NCBI GenBank assembly: GCA_024860875.1
Contig: JACPSZ010000007.1
Span: 148,218-212,217 of the forward strand
DNA length: 64,000 bases
Reading direction: 5' to 3'
Origin: Nitrososphaerota archaeon
GTDB taxonomy: Archaea; Thermoproteota; Nitrososphaeria; Nitrososphaerales; UBA57
A program made the translations under genes and the position numbers. The notes below the pieces were generated by a model. The model saw nothing but the letters and a program-made list of their open reading frames with translations. It had not been told where the DNA came from and ran no database searches. Shown in pieces: positions 35,979 through 46,023 of the stretch (within the stretch, counting starts at the first letter, position 1; every line of letters starts with the position of its first letter).

Positions 35979-37538
35979 ATGCGGGACATATTCCAAGTCG
36001 ATGAGCTAGACCTAGCTGGGCGTATCGGCAGGATAAGGACTCGACACGGAGAAATACAGACGCCGGCACTATTGCCCGTAATACATCCATACAACCAGAA
36101 ACTTCCCGTCAGCGAAATAAAGAAGCTAGGCTTCCAAGCAATTATGACGAATGCTTACATTACGATGAAGAAGTTTGGAGATGGAGCTCTCAAAAAAGGG
36201 ATCCATGAAATAATAGGCTTCGACGGCCCGATAATGACAGATTCTGGAGGGTATCAGGTTCTCAAATATGGAGAAGTAGAAACCAATCCGTTGGAAATGG
36301 CTAAGTTTGAAGAGGGCATTGGGACAGACCTTGCCATAATACTCGATACGCCAACGGGGAGAAGAGACGCATATGACGATGCAGAGGAAACTGTCGATCT
36401 GACTTTAGCAGCATGCAAGGAAACTCTTGCTGGCTTGAAGGAGAGGAATTCGCTGTGGATAGGGCCCGTGCAGGGCGGAAAGTTCCTTGATCTTGTCAAT
36501 ATCTCAGCAAAATCGATATCCAAAATGGACTTTGACATGTTCGCCCTCGGCAGCCCCACGGTAGTAATGGAGTCATACAATTTTATCTTACTTGCAAAGA
36601 TGGTTTTAGCAGCTAAGAAAGTTCTCCCTTCTGGCAAGCCGTTCCACTTATTTGGCTTGGGACACCCTCTTCCTCTCTCGTTAGCGGTAGCACTGGGTTG
36701 CGATACTTTCGATTCCGCGTCTTACTGGCTCTACGCCAAAGACGGGAGATACATCACTGATCTAGGGACAAGGCACATTGAAGAAATAACATATTTATCC
36801 TGCAACTGCCCCGTCTGCTACAATTATACCGCACCTGAAATTCAAGAATCTGAAGAAAAGGTCATTCTTCTTGCAAGGCACAACATTCATGTTCTTTGGA
36901 GGGAGATACAGTCTACAAGGCAGGCGATAAGGGAAGGCAGATTATGGGAATATGTTGGCTCAAAAGCAAGATCACACCCTAATCTATGGAGTGCCTTCAA
37001 CTACATAGCAAAGAACTGGGACTATCTGGAGAAGTTCAGTCCCTTCACTAAAGAGAGAGGTATTTTCATTTCAGGTTCTCCCGACGATCTAAGGCCAGAA
37101 ATTCAGAGGTACAATGCACGATTTGAACTGATAAAGCCAAAAAAGAATGTCGTTGTCCTTCCTAACAACACTGAAAAGCCTTTCCTGTTTTCTCCACTTT
37201 ATCTCAAAATTGATGCCAAGGCGGATGCACTGTTCTGCACCCTAAAGATTCCCTTCGGGCTGATCCCTGCAGAGATTTCAGACATCTACCCGTTTTCGCA
37301 AGCTGTGGTTTCCGAAGACATTCCCGAAGATGTCATGTTAATGAAGAGGGTCCAGGAGAGGGTAAAGAATCAGCTGAAGATGCTAAAGCCCAATAGATTG
37401 CTGCTCATAATAGACAACAGAGATTCAAAGGTGAACAGGTTTCTGCAGAGAATCTTGAAGCCCTCTAAGACCATCAAGCTGCTAGAATTAAAAGACAATT
37501 TCCTGCTGGAGACAAAGAAGGACATTAGAAAGCAATAG
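35979..37538 (+). CDS. tgtA: Archaeosine tRNA-guanine transglycosylase (ArcTGT family)
   Basis: 519 aa with TGT barrel motifs (TPALLPV, IMTDSGGYQ, FALGSP) and the zinc site CNCPVC...H. Confidence 0.85.
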   Translation: MRDIFQVDELDLAGRIGRIRTRHGEIQTPALLPVIHPYNQKLPVSEIKKLGFQAIMTNAYITMKKFGDGALKKGIHEIIGFDGPIMTDSGGYQVLKYGEVETNPLEMAKFEEGIGTDLAIILDTPTGRRDAYDDAEETVDLTLAACKETLAGLKERNSLWIGPVQGGKFLDLVNISAKSISKMDFDMFALGSPTVVMESYNFILLAKMVLAAKKVLPSGKPFHLFGLGHPLPLSLAVALGCDTFDSASYWLYAKDGRYITDLGTRHIEEITYLSCNCPVCYNYTAPEIQESEEKVILLARHNIHVLWREIQSTRQAIREGRLWEYVGSKARSHPNLWSAFNYIAKNWDYLEKFSPFTKERGIFISGSPDDLRPEIQRYNARFELIKPKKNVVVLPNNTEKPFLFSPLYLKIDAKADALFCTLKIPFGLIPAEISDIYPFSQAVVSEDIPEDVMLMKRVQERVKNQLKMLKPNRLLLIIDNRDSKVNRFLQRILKPSKTIKLLELKDNFLLETKKDIRKQ

Positions 37539-37564
37539 ACATTTTACCCTCTGCGAAATTTTCA

Positions 37565-38890
37565 GTGACATTGACTTCAGTCACTTTTTACGGCGGGGTC
37601 GGGGAGATAGGCGGTAACAAGATACTTGTCGAGGACAAGGGCACCAGAATATTTCTCGATTTTGGTATGTCGTTCAAGGCCGAAAAGACATTCTATTCCC
37701 CGCCATTTCTGTCGCCTAAAAGTGGAAATGCACTGATAGAGCTAGGCATACTTCCAAAAGTCGATGGCCTCTATGAATTCGATGATAGCAAGGCAAGCGT
37801 GGATGCAGTCTTCATTTCTCATGCTCATTTAGACCATTATGGCCATGTTTCAATGCTGAAAAGGGAAATCCCAATTTATTGCGGAGAAACTACTCGCACC
37901 ATAATCGAAGCATCTGCGATGACAAGGCAATCTAACTTCGAGTCAGACCTTGAAGGTATACAATGGAAGACCTTTAGGACTGGCAAAAAAATGAACGTAG
38001 ATTCTATTCAGGTTGAACCAATACACGTAGACCATTCAGTACCTGGAGCATACGGCTTCCTAGTTCACACTTCTTCTGGCACGATAGTCTATACTGGAGA
38101 CTTCAGGATGCATGGCCCCCGCAAAGACATGTCCGAAGAGTTCGTCGAAAAGGCTGCTGAAACTGATCCCATAGCGATATTGACGGAGGGTACAAACCTT
38201 ACTGGTGCAGAAATTTCGTCCGAAGCAGAAGTTTCTGATAAATTATCAAGGCTTGTAAAGGCTACAAAAGGAATAGTCCTTGCAGAATTTTCAAAGAGCG
38301 ACACTGATAGATTAACTTCGTTTTACAGCGCTGTAAAGAGCGGCTCAAGGTCATTGGCAATATCTATGCGGCAAGCGTACGTACTCAAAGCACTCGAAAA
38401 AGATCCCAAGCTTAAGCTTCCAAGGTTATCAGACAAAAATCTGCTGGTCTTCAGGAGGGCGAAGAAGAAGTACTATCCGTGGGAAAAGGAAGTTATGAAT
38501 GAGGCTAACGTTATCGATTCGGTAAAACTTTCGAAACTACAAAATGAAACGGTCCTTGTGACATCTCTTGCAGATTTTGAGGAACTGATAGAGATTAAGC
38601 CAGCATCAGGCAGTTGCTACGTTTTATCAGCATCGGAGCCCTTCAACGAAGAGATGGAGATAGATTTCGACAAACTCATGTCTTGGCTCGCCCATTACGG
38701 AATAGTTCAATATCACATTCACGTTTCTGGGCACATAATGCCCCTGCAGTTAAGAGAGGCGTTGCAGAAGATTGAAGCCAAAAAGATATACCCCATCCAT
38801 AACGAGCATCCAGAGCTCTTTGCAAAATTCGTTTCTGGCATGAAGAGCGAGGTCGTAGTGGCGGAGAAGGGAATGAATTACAAATTATAA
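37565..38890 (+). CDS. Archaeal RNase J-like beta-CASP ribonuclease
   Basis: 441 aa with a GTG start. Has GGVGEIGGNKILVE, ISHAHLDHYG, and the beta-CASP C-terminal motif HVSGH. Confidence 0.75.
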   Translation: MTLTSVTFYGGVGEIGGNKILVEDKGTRIFLDFGMSFKAEKTFYSPPFLSPKSGNALIELGILPKVDGLYEFDDSKASVDAVFISHAHLDHYGHVSMLKREIPIYCGETTRTIIEASAMTRQSNFESDLEGIQWKTFRTGKKMNVDSIQVEPIHVDHSVPGAYGFLVHTSSGTIVYTGDFRMHGPRKDMSEEFVEKAAETDPIAILTEGTNLTGAEISSEAEVSDKLSRLVKATKGIVLAEFSKSDTDRLTSFYSAVKSGSRSLAISMRQAYVLKALEKDPKLKLPRLSDKNLLVFRRAKKKYYPWEKEVMNEANVIDSVKLSKLQNETVLVTSLADFEELIEIKPASGSCYVLSASEPFNEEMEIDFDKLMSWLAHYGIVQYHIHVSGHIMPLQLREALQKIEAKKIYPIHNEHPELFAKFVSGMKSEVVVAEKGMNYKL

Positions 38891-38933
38891 GAAAAGTTAA
38901 CTAACCCCGAGCACTAGTTTTTGGTTTGCAGAA

Positions 38934-40079
38934 ATGAAGAAACTGATCATGCTTCCTGGGCCGACTAACGTTCCCGAGCCCGTCATGAGGGCCATGCTAG
39001 AGCCGATGATAAACCATCGGAGCACATCTTTCAGCAAACTGCTAAAGAGGATAATGGAGAAGGGTCAGAAAATATTCCAGACCTCTGGTGACATAATCGG
39101 GCTTACGACTTCTGGCACTGGAGGGGTGGAAGCTTCTGTAACTAATTTAGTCAAGAAGGGAGACAAGGTAATTGTTACCGTGTTTGGAGAATTCGGAACC
39201 AGACTTTCTGAGGAAATTGAGGACATGGGCGCACATGCTATCAAGATCACCGCACCGTTTGGCGACGCTCCTTCAATCTCTGCAGTTGAAGAGGCATTCC
39301 AAAAGAATGGGAAGGTAAAGGCGCTTTATGTTGTCGCCAACGAAACTTCTACGGGAGTAGCGGTAAGGTGGCTGAAGCAGGCTGGAGATTTGTGCTCTAA
39401 ACATGGGGCCTTCTTTGTCGCTGATGCCGTGTCCAATTTTGGGGGAGATGATATTCCAGTCGATGCTTACAACATAGATGTTTGTGTTACTGCCAGCCAG
39501 AAGTGTATCGCTGCACCTCCGGGTTTAGCAATACTCTCGGTGGGCAAGAGGGCCAAACAATACATGCTTGACAATCCTCCGCCGATGCAGTATCTTAACC
39601 TCCCAAGGTACTTCAAATATGCAGAAAGAGGGGAAACTCCGTTCACGCCTGTTCTTCCATTGTATTGGGCACTTGATGCCGCTTTCGATATCATGCTCGA
39701 GGAGGGCATGGAGAAGAGAATTCAAAGGCATAAAATATGTGCAGATGCGTTTTATTCTGCCTTCAAGGCTGCAGGCTTGGAAACTTTTGCAAACCCTCAG
39801 AATAGGTCGAACACTGTAGTTGCCTTAGAGTATCCTCAGGGCTTCAACGACAAGCAGTTCAGAGGAGCAGTTGAAGACAATTACGGAGTAGTCCTTGCTG
39901 GAGGCTTTGGCGAATACAGTGGAAAGTTGTTCAGAGTTGGGAGCATGGGCGAAGTTCATAGGTATCACGTAATGACTACCGTGGCTGCAGTAGTCAATAC
40001 AATGAAGCAGATGGGTACGCATGTTAATGTTGAAGCTGGATTGTCTGCAGCCGTAAGTGGATTAAAGAGCCTGTCATGA
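38934..40079 (+). CDS. Class-V aminotransferase (serine/alanine--glyoxylate aminotransferase family)
   Basis: 381 aa. The PLP-Lys context is VCVTASQKCIAAPPGLA and the N-terminus is LMLPGPTNVP. Confidence 0.8.
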   Translation: MKKLIMLPGPTNVPEPVMRAMLEPMINHRSTSFSKLLKRIMEKGQKIFQTSGDIIGLTTSGTGGVEASVTNLVKKGDKVIVTVFGEFGTRLSEEIEDMGAHAIKITAPFGDAPSISAVEEAFQKNGKVKALYVVANETSTGVAVRWLKQAGDLCSKHGAFFVADAVSNFGGDDIPVDAYNIDVCVTASQKCIAAPPGLAILSVGKRAKQYMLDNPPPMQYLNLPRYFKYAERGETPFTPVLPLYWALDAAFDIMLEEGMEKRIQRHKICADAFYSAFKAAGLETFANPQNRSNTVVALEYPQGFNDKQFRGAVEDNYGVVLAGGFGEYSGKLFRVGSMGEVHRYHVMTTVAAVVNTMKQMGTHVNVEAGLSAAVSGLKSLS

Positions 40080-40586
40080 TTTCGGAATATTTCTAACTCT
40101 GTTGATTCCGTCTATATCCTCGATTATCTTTGCAACTGCCTTCGGGACAAGATGCTTCCAAGGTTTTCCTTTTTCCATTCTTTCCCTTATTCCAGTACCC
40201 TTGTAGTTCCCTCTATCTTCTAAAGGAACCGGTAGGACTTTTACGCCTCTTTCCTTGAAGAGCTGGGTCGTTAAAGCCTCGTTTGTAAATACGATACTGT
40301 AATCTAGCACTAGAGCATCTACATAAGAGACCCAGACCGAGTGCTGCACTGCGTCTGGCACGGGGACGACGATGATCTTCTTGCAGTCCATCCCTGCTTC
40401 ATCTATAGCCATCTTTATCATTTTGATTCGTTCCCCAGCAGTGAAAGGGTTTCTGGGTTCGTGGCTTTTTTGCGAAGAGCCTACAGCTATGTACAGAAGG
40501 TCTACCTGCTTTAGTGCAAAACGCACGGCCTTTAGATGCCCATTATGGAAAGGCTGGAACCTGCCTACAAGTACCCCTACCCTCAT
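40074..40586 (-). CDS. Nicotinamide-nucleotide adenylyltransferase (archaeal NMNAT)
   Basis: 170 aa with the nucleotidyltransferase motif GRFQPFHNGHL. Confidence 0.85.
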   Translation of the reverse strand: MRVGVLVGRFQPFHNGHLKAVRFALKQVDLLYIAVGSSQKSHEPRNPFTAGERIKMIKMAIDEAGMDCKKIIVVPVPDAVQHSVWVSYVDALVLDYSIVFTNEALTTQLFKERGVKVLPVPLEDRGNYKGTGIRERMEKGKPWKHLVPKAVAKIIEDIDGINRVRNIPKS

Positions 40587-40638
40587 CGACTATACTCACA
40601 AAAATCCTATATTTTAAGCCTAAACTGCTCTGGATTCG

Positions 40639-41664
40639 ATGATAGTAATTGATGGCTCTTATGGGGAAGGAGGAGGCCAGATTCTCCGCACAGCAGTAGG
40701 GCTTGCAGTGGCAACTGGACAAAGTATTGAGGTATTCAACATAAGAGCCAACAGACCTACTCCGGGATTGAAAGCTCAGCATTTGTGGGCTGTAAAGAGT
40801 GCCGCTGAACTGTGTGGGGGTAAAGTAGACGGTTTGAAGGAAGGCTCCAAGACGATAAAGTTTCAACCTAGCAAGCCTAAGAAGGAGCATCTGAAATTCG
40901 ACATTGGCACCGCTGGGAGTATAACGCTGTTACTGCAGGCTCTAATTCCTGCTATTTCGCTTCAAAATGGAGATTTCAGGTTCGATGTTAAAGGAGGGAC
41001 TGATGTAAAATGGAGTCCAACTCTCGATTATTTTAGGCGCATTGTAATACCGCTTTATTCGCAGCTGGGAATTGATGTTGCAATAGATGTCAGAAGGAGA
41101 GGATTTTATCCGGTTGGAGGGGGAGATGTTTCCTGCAAGATAACTGCAAGAGGTTCTTTGAACAATATTACATTGAAAGAAAAGGTCAGAGGCAAAACGA
41201 ACATAGCAAGCATCTGTTCAAATCTTCCGAAGAGCATAGCAGAAAGGCAACTCAAGGCTGCAGAGGATTTTCTCATTAAGAATAATATCGATATTGAAAG
41301 CAAGGAAGCAGCAGTTGAACCTGCAGTATCTCCCGGCTCTGCAATTTGCATTTACCATACTAAAGGGTCTTTCATCGGAGGGGACAGCATAGGAGAAAGG
41401 GGGAAACCTTCCGAAAAAGTTGGCCTTGAGGCTGCAAAATTCTTTTTTGACGAATATTCGTCTGACTGTACATTAGATAGCCATGTTGCGGATATGGTAG
41501 TTCCTCTTTTAGCATTGGCGAAGCATGAATCTGTCTTCATAACTTCAAAAAAGACGGAGCACCTTCTGACGAATTTGCATATTGCAAGAACCATAACAGG
41601 ATGCGAATATTCAGCGGAACAGCTCGACGGCGGGTCATTAATCATCCGAATAATCCCGAAATAA
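40639..41664 (+). CDS. rtcA: RNA 3'-terminal phosphate cyclase
   Basis: 341 aa. The pattern IDGSYGEGGGQILRTAVGLA and the overall sequence fit RtcA. Confidence 0.9.
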   Translation: MIVIDGSYGEGGGQILRTAVGLAVATGQSIEVFNIRANRPTPGLKAQHLWAVKSAAELCGGKVDGLKEGSKTIKFQPSKPKKEHLKFDIGTAGSITLLLQALIPAISLQNGDFRFDVKGGTDVKWSPTLDYFRRIVIPLYSQLGIDVAIDVRRRGFYPVGGGDVSCKITARGSLNNITLKEKVRGKTNIASICSNLPKSIAERQLKAAEDFLIKNNIDIESKEAAVEPAVSPGSAICIYHTKGSFIGGDSIGERGKPSEKVGLEAAKFFFDEYSSDCTLDSHVADMVVPLLALAKHESVFITSKKTEHLLTNLHIARTITGCEYSAEQLDGGSLIIRIIPK

Positions 41665-41707
41665 CTGCACAAGCCTAATTAAGCAATAGTAATTGGGGTA
41701 GTTCGAA

Positions 41708-42313
41708 ATGGCGTACCCACAATACATACCCGGTGCTACTGTAGTTGGCATAAGCACCGAGGACGGAGTAATTTTAGGCGCAGAGAAGAGAATATCCTAC
41801 GGAACCTTCGTTGTAAGCAGGACCGGTAAGAAGCTGTTCAAGCTTTCAGATTTCGTCGGGGCAGGGTGCGCAGGCATGATTGCGGACATGCAGGCCCTCA
41901 TGAGGGAAATCGCTGCCAATGTCAAATTGATCGAATTTGATTTGAGAAGGCCGATGCCTCCGAATTCCGTTGCAAAGCTAATGTCGGTGATAATGTTCGA
42001 AAGAAGATATTTCCCTCTTTTAACACAGGTAATCGTAGCAGGAGTCGATGGTGCTCCAAACGTGTACGTCCTAGACCCTCTGGGTTCAGTCATACCTGAT
42101 GAATACGCAGCAGTAGGAAGCGGTGCAGAAATAGCTATAGGAATCATCGAAGCAGGCTATGACAGGAAGATGACTCTCAAAGAAGCGAAGGAGCTTGCTG
42201 TGAAGTCGATAAAGTCTGCAATTCAGAGAGATGCGGCCAGTGGCGACGGCGTAGACATAATCACAATTACTAAGAAAGGCATACAGGAAGAGAGCATGCC
42301 GTTCAAGCAGTAG
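41708..42313 (+). CDS. psmB: Proteasome subunit beta
   Basis: 201 aa. A short propeptide precedes TVVGIS...GVILGAEKR, an Ntn-hydrolase pattern. Confidence 0.9.
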   Translation: MAYPQYIPGATVVGISTEDGVILGAEKRISYGTFVVSRTGKKLFKLSDFVGAGCAGMIADMQALMREIAANVKLIEFDLRRPMPPNSVAKLMSVIMFERRYFPLLTQVIVAGVDGAPNVYVLDPLGSVIPDEYAAVGSGAEIAIGIIEAGYDRKMTLKEAKELAVKSIKSAIQRDAASGDGVDIITITKKGIQEESMPFKQ

Positions 42314-42467
42314 AGTACACTCTACTATTGTAGGCCCTGCAATGCTCGAGCACAAGATTCCAGACTAGATATTCGCTTGGAATTATGCGGACGATATAAT
42401 GAAAAAGACAGGTTCAAGCAGAAAGGCGTAAATTCATAATTCTGATGCCGAGAGTGTCATAGAATAG

Positions 42468-43544
42468 TTAAAGAATCCTCTTCTTCCATCCATTCTCTCT
42501 CCACAGCCATGCTCCGCAGTCTATGTGCCTAAGAAGGTAGATATTTTCAGGGTACAAATTGTGCTTAGGCATTTTACCAACATCCTCTCCCATACCCAGC
42601 TTCACGTACAGATGCGGTATATTTGCCGACCACCGCATACCAAGACCCTTAATTGCTGCGTATCCCCAGAGCGGAGTCGTAGTATGAAACTTTCCAGCAT
42701 CGACTTCTGTAACTCTGGCTTTACCATCGCTATCCTCCTTAAGGTCGACAGAATAGCTCCCATGCGGTTTAGGGTCAAGAGCCTTCACAGCGAGCTCTCC
42801 AGTTTTATCGACCCTTTTATCAGCAATAATCCTTGATACGCTTGGCGTACCGGTAATCCCTGAAACGCTGACATGTTTGAACGGGTAAGCGAGCCTTTCT
42901 CTGCAGAATGACGTGATTAATTCTCCATCGAACCACAGACTGTCCCAAGCGATGTTTCTTCCAGGTAGGAATTCTTGTAGCATAAAGTCGCTCCATTTTG
43001 CCTTCTTCTGTATCACCCAGAGGGTAGTCCAATGCCCAACCTCTTCGCCACTACTGCACGGTAAGGCTAGTCTTCCTCCAGCCCCGCTCTTCGCCCTTAC
43101 CCAGACTGGTTTCGTCCCTAATGACTTGAAGGCTTTTGGAACGTCTTTGGCATTTGAGATAGCCTCTGTCTCTGCAACCGGCACGTTCTTCTTCTTGAGA
43201 ATCTTCTGAGTTTCCAGCTTGTCTCTTGCTATGATCTTCCAATCTGGAAGGTAGCACTTTCCTGAAATCGCTCTTCTATTCTTCGCTATGACTACAGCCT
43301 CCACGGAAGGTTGAGGGTGAACAAAATCAATTTTATGTTTCTCTACCAACGATGACATCAAGGGTACAAAACCAGCATCGTCGTGCCTTGGTGACCTTAC
43401 TCTCACATCGACATCGGGAAACTCGATATTATATTTGTCGTAGTCTGTGCCTACCACAAATATTTTTTCATCCGCGACCCTAAGCGCATTGACAAAGTTG
43501 ACGCCAGCAACTCCTCCAGAGCCTGTAACAAGAACCCTCTTCAT
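42468..43544 (-). CDS. ATP-grasp-type ligase (probable)
   Basis: 358 aa. An N-terminal Rossmann-like MKRVLVTGSGGVAG is followed by an ATP-grasp-like centre (KLETQKILKKKNVPVAET...VWVRAKSGAGGR). It abuts the upstream gene with no gap. Confidence 0.5.
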   Translation of the reverse strand: MKRVLVTGSGGVAGVNFVNALRVADEKIFVVGTDYDKYNIEFPDVDVRVRSPRHDDAGFVPLMSSLVEKHKIDFVHPQPSVEAVVIAKNRRAISGKCYLPDWKIIARDKLETQKILKKKNVPVAETEAISNAKDVPKAFKSLGTKPVWVRAKSGAGGRLALPCSSGEEVGHWTTLWVIQKKAKWSDFMLQEFLPGRNIAWDSLWFDGELITSFCRERLAYPFKHVSVSGITGTPSVSRIIADKRVDKTGELAVKALDPKPHGSYSVDLKEDSDGKARVTEVDAGKFHTTTPLWGYAAIKGLGMRWSANIPHLYVKLGMGEDVGKMPKHNLYPENIYLLRHIDCGAWLWRENGWKKRIL

Positions 43545-44783
43545 TTATGGGACCTCAATTGTTATCTTGCCTTCCCCATTTCCAGCTATCTCTGCTGAAT
43601 TTTCTGACGAAGAAATAACTCTACACTCTCCTTGCACTTTAAGTTTGTACCCTTTTGGGCAATCAGCATCGATTACCAGTCTCTTATCTTTTGGCTGAAC
43701 AGTATAACTGAAAGATTTTCCCCGTTTACTTTCTCGCAACTCCGATCTCTCTCTGCTCAGCCACCATTCTGCTATCTTTTCCGCATTGGATACAAAACAG
43801 TTTTCGCCTGCAAGACGTTTTAAGATACGGGGGTATAACCGTCCGCCCTTCATCTGCAGGGCTTCCTGATGCCATAAGATAGTGAATAATCCATTATGCT
43901 CCTTGACTTTAGAAATTGCCTGCTCAACCTCTGCAAAGCCCTCTTCTTCCTGAAGGTGCATGTACCCCCAGAGCGATGTATCCATCAGTACTAATGGCAG
44001 TTCAAGAATATTCAAAGGCTCAAAATCTGATGATGGCGGGTGGTAAGGGAAGCATACCCCAGCCCTGAAACCTGGCTTCTGGTTGAACCCCCATGTTGTA
44101 TCGTACATGAAACCTAGATCCTCCATTATCTGCCAAGTCTTTGAAGGATCGAATTTCAGGTAATGCTCCCTTATTCCCTTGGGCTTCTCCCCAGTTTCTT
44201 TTTCAAAAACGCTGAAATCTTCCCGCATTCTTTCTGCACTCTCATGAGTCCCAAACGAACCGTGTAATCCTACGTCCCAACCCTTAGCTGCAATTGATTT
44301 GATGTAATCTCTTCTGCCATTTAGGTTGTAGTCGTGCACGAGCAGATAAAACGACGATGTAAAATTCAACCCTGCTTCTAAATTAACCATCTTTTCAATG
44401 TTCCAATATGGGTCATCTAGAGACAGAATTCGTTTTATCATCAGAGATAAAGAAAATCTTTTCCTGACCTTCATGACACGGCTTAGAGGCGCAGTCAATC
44501 TATCCGCATCATGAGTAAGTGCAGATGCAAAATCAACTCCTTCTGGCCATAGAGCCTTCCTTACGAACGGTTTTCCTGAACCCAACCTTTCATCAAGTAT
44601 TTCCGATTTTATGGTATTCAAGACACTGTTGACAGGTGCATCGAACACCCGTTCTGGAGATTTGCTCCCTGAAAGGTACTCAGCTATTGTGTTCATATCG
44701 GATGACGATAAACCGAAATCATAACCAATCGGGAGGCCCAATGTATTTCTGACAAAATTGGAAACGTAATCCTCCCTGCTCAT
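43545..44783 (-). CDS. Polysaccharide-deacetylase-like (CE4-like) protein
   Basis: 412 aa. The segments THDAD...WDVGLHGSF.TH...GIREHYL resemble divergent polysaccharide deacetylases. Confidence 0.45.
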   Translation of the reverse strand: MSREDYVSNFVRNTLGLPIGYDFGLSSSDMNTIAEYLSGSKSPERVFDAPVNSVLNTIKSEILDERLGSGKPFVRKALWPEGVDFASALTHDADRLTAPLSRVMKVRKRFSLSLMIKRILSLDDPYWNIEKMVNLEAGLNFTSSFYLLVHDYNLNGRRDYIKSIAAKGWDVGLHGSFGTHESAERMREDFSVFEKETGEKPKGIREHYLKFDPSKTWQIMEDLGFMYDTTWGFNQKPGFRAGVCFPYHPPSSDFEPLNILELPLVLMDTSLWGYMHLQEEEGFAEVEQAISKVKEHNGLFTILWHQEALQMKGGRLYPRILKRLAGENCFVSNAEKIAEWWLSRERSELRESKRGKSFSYTVQPKDKRLVIDADCPKGYKLKVQGECRVISSSENSAEIAGNGEGKITIEVP

Positions 44784-45029
44784 ACTCTATAGCAGCAACA
44801 TCTGCAGAGTTTAAGCCTTAACTGCCTTGGCAAACTTGAAGACGGGTTTTGCATGTACTAACAATAGTAGATGAGTTGGGGTACTCTGATAGAGTATCTT
44901 AATGCAGTATTATGGTCTTTACACACGTGTTACTCCCCGTATAGGGGACCTGAGTATAGCTACTGCGGGATTGCACTATAAAGAAACGATAGTAAAGGAG
45001 TAGAGTACTTTACCTTAAGAGTGCTCACA

Positions 45030-45037
45030 TTTAATAT
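45030..45037 (+). promoter_or_regulatory. TATA-like box upstream of tRNA-Arg
   Basis: tttaatat lies 23-30 nt upstream of the tRNA 5' end (45060). Confidence 0.4.
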
Positions 45038-45059
45038 CTTAAGCTCTGAAGACTGAATC

Positions 45060-45151
45060 GGGCCTGTAGCCTAGCATGGATAGGGCGTCGATCAAAGAGC
45101 GTAAGCCTTCGGAGCCGGAGGTCGTGGGTTCAAATCCCACCAGGCCCGCCA
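45060..45151 (+). tRNA. tRNA-Arg(UCG) with a 14-nt intron at non-canonical position 29/30; CCA encoded
   Basis: Hand fold: acceptor gggcctg/caggccc, D arm gcct..gggc, T arm gtggg-ttcaaat-cccac. Removing 45091..45104 (atcaaagagcgtaa) gives anticodon arm tcggc-cuucgga-gccgg. BHB geometry: central helix gcgu(45085-88)/gcgu(45099-102), with bulges cg|a and aa|g. Confidence 0.8.
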
Positions 45152-45201
45152 AAATTCAGAACCCATTTAGCCTAGTATGTTCATCTAGCGTGTGCCATTA
45201 A

Positions 45202-45939
45202 ATGCAGAAACTCTTGGCGCTGTCGATAGTAGTAGTTCTTGCTATTACTGTCTTAGCTGGCATTGGTATTGTTAATCTGTCCCAGAACGGAAATACTTTG
45301 GCCGCAGCTGAGCCCAAAGCAAGAAATCAAATTATAGCAAAACCCTCGCAAGAGGCTGATAAGAATAATCAAATTCCGATTCCTGATCAAATACCGGTGC
45401 AGCAGGCAAAACCAGAGCCCAAGGCTGACATTCCAGATGCCGTGAATCCTCAACTTCCTGCTCAAGACCCGGCAAAGGCTGCCCCTCGCGACCTGCTTGG
45501 CGAAACTGTGACATTGGGAGAGGCACGACGCCGGTCTAATTTCACAGTGCTTGTCCCGCCAATTCTCCCTGAGAACAGAACGCTCCAGCAGGTTAGGTTA
45601 GGCTCATGGAGCTCTCCAGACAGAGTTTCGCTCTTCTACTCAGGTGGAATGATGATAATCGAGGAGAAGGCTAACCCGAATGTAGACCCTGCGCTACTAG
45701 CTGAGAATGCGATAAGGGAAAATCGCTTGAGCTCAAGTTTATACAAACCCAAATTGCAACGTTTCATATACGCTGGAGCCGATGGTTTTGGCTACGACCC
45801 ATGGTTATATGGAGAAGGAGACGACAGGGTAGTTTCCCCCGGCGCTATCTCTTTTATATGGCATGGTGCCCATTACGCTATAATAGCTAACCTGTCCTAT
45901 AACGAACTGGTAAAAATTGCCATTTCAATGCTGCAATAG
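45202..45939 (+). CDS. Exported/membrane-anchored hypothetical protein (N-terminal TM, Pro/Gln-rich linker)
   Basis: 245 aa with the signal-anchor LLALSIVVVLAITVLAGIGIV. Confidence 0.45.
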   Translation: MQKLLALSIVVVLAITVLAGIGIVNLSQNGNTLAAAEPKARNQIIAKPSQEADKNNQIPIPDQIPVQQAKPEPKADIPDAVNPQLPAQDPAKAAPRDLLGETVTLGEARRRSNFTVLVPPILPENRTLQQVRLGSWSSPDRVSLFYSGGMMIIEEKANPNVDPALLAENAIRENRLSSSLYKPKLQRFIYAGADGFGYDPWLYGEGDDRVVSPGAISFIWHGAHYAIIANLSYNELVKIAISMLQ

Positions 45940-46023
45940 CAGGTTATGGTTTCTTAAACGCAGAAACCAGACAGATAGACGTCAAAACATACACTAAATG
46001 TGTAGCATGGTTCTTTACAACAT

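Noticed and set aside
44868-44953. A C/D-box sRNA upstream of tRNA-Arg (agatgag ... ctga ... ctga)
   Set aside because: The C-box is imperfect (aGAUGAg). There is no recognisable C' box. The C-to-D distance of about 80 nt is too long for typical archaeal C/D sRNAs, and no terminal stem is present.
21293-45146. The 24 kb between the tRNA-Arg fragment and the tRNA-Arg gene as an integrated element flanked by direct repeats
   Set aside because: The intervening genes are core housekeeping genes (hisC, gatDE, cysS, tgtA, rtcA, psmB, NMNAT). There is no integrase, and the fragment lies upstream of the tRNA gene rather than downstream. The scar is more plausibly related to the accessory block on its left.
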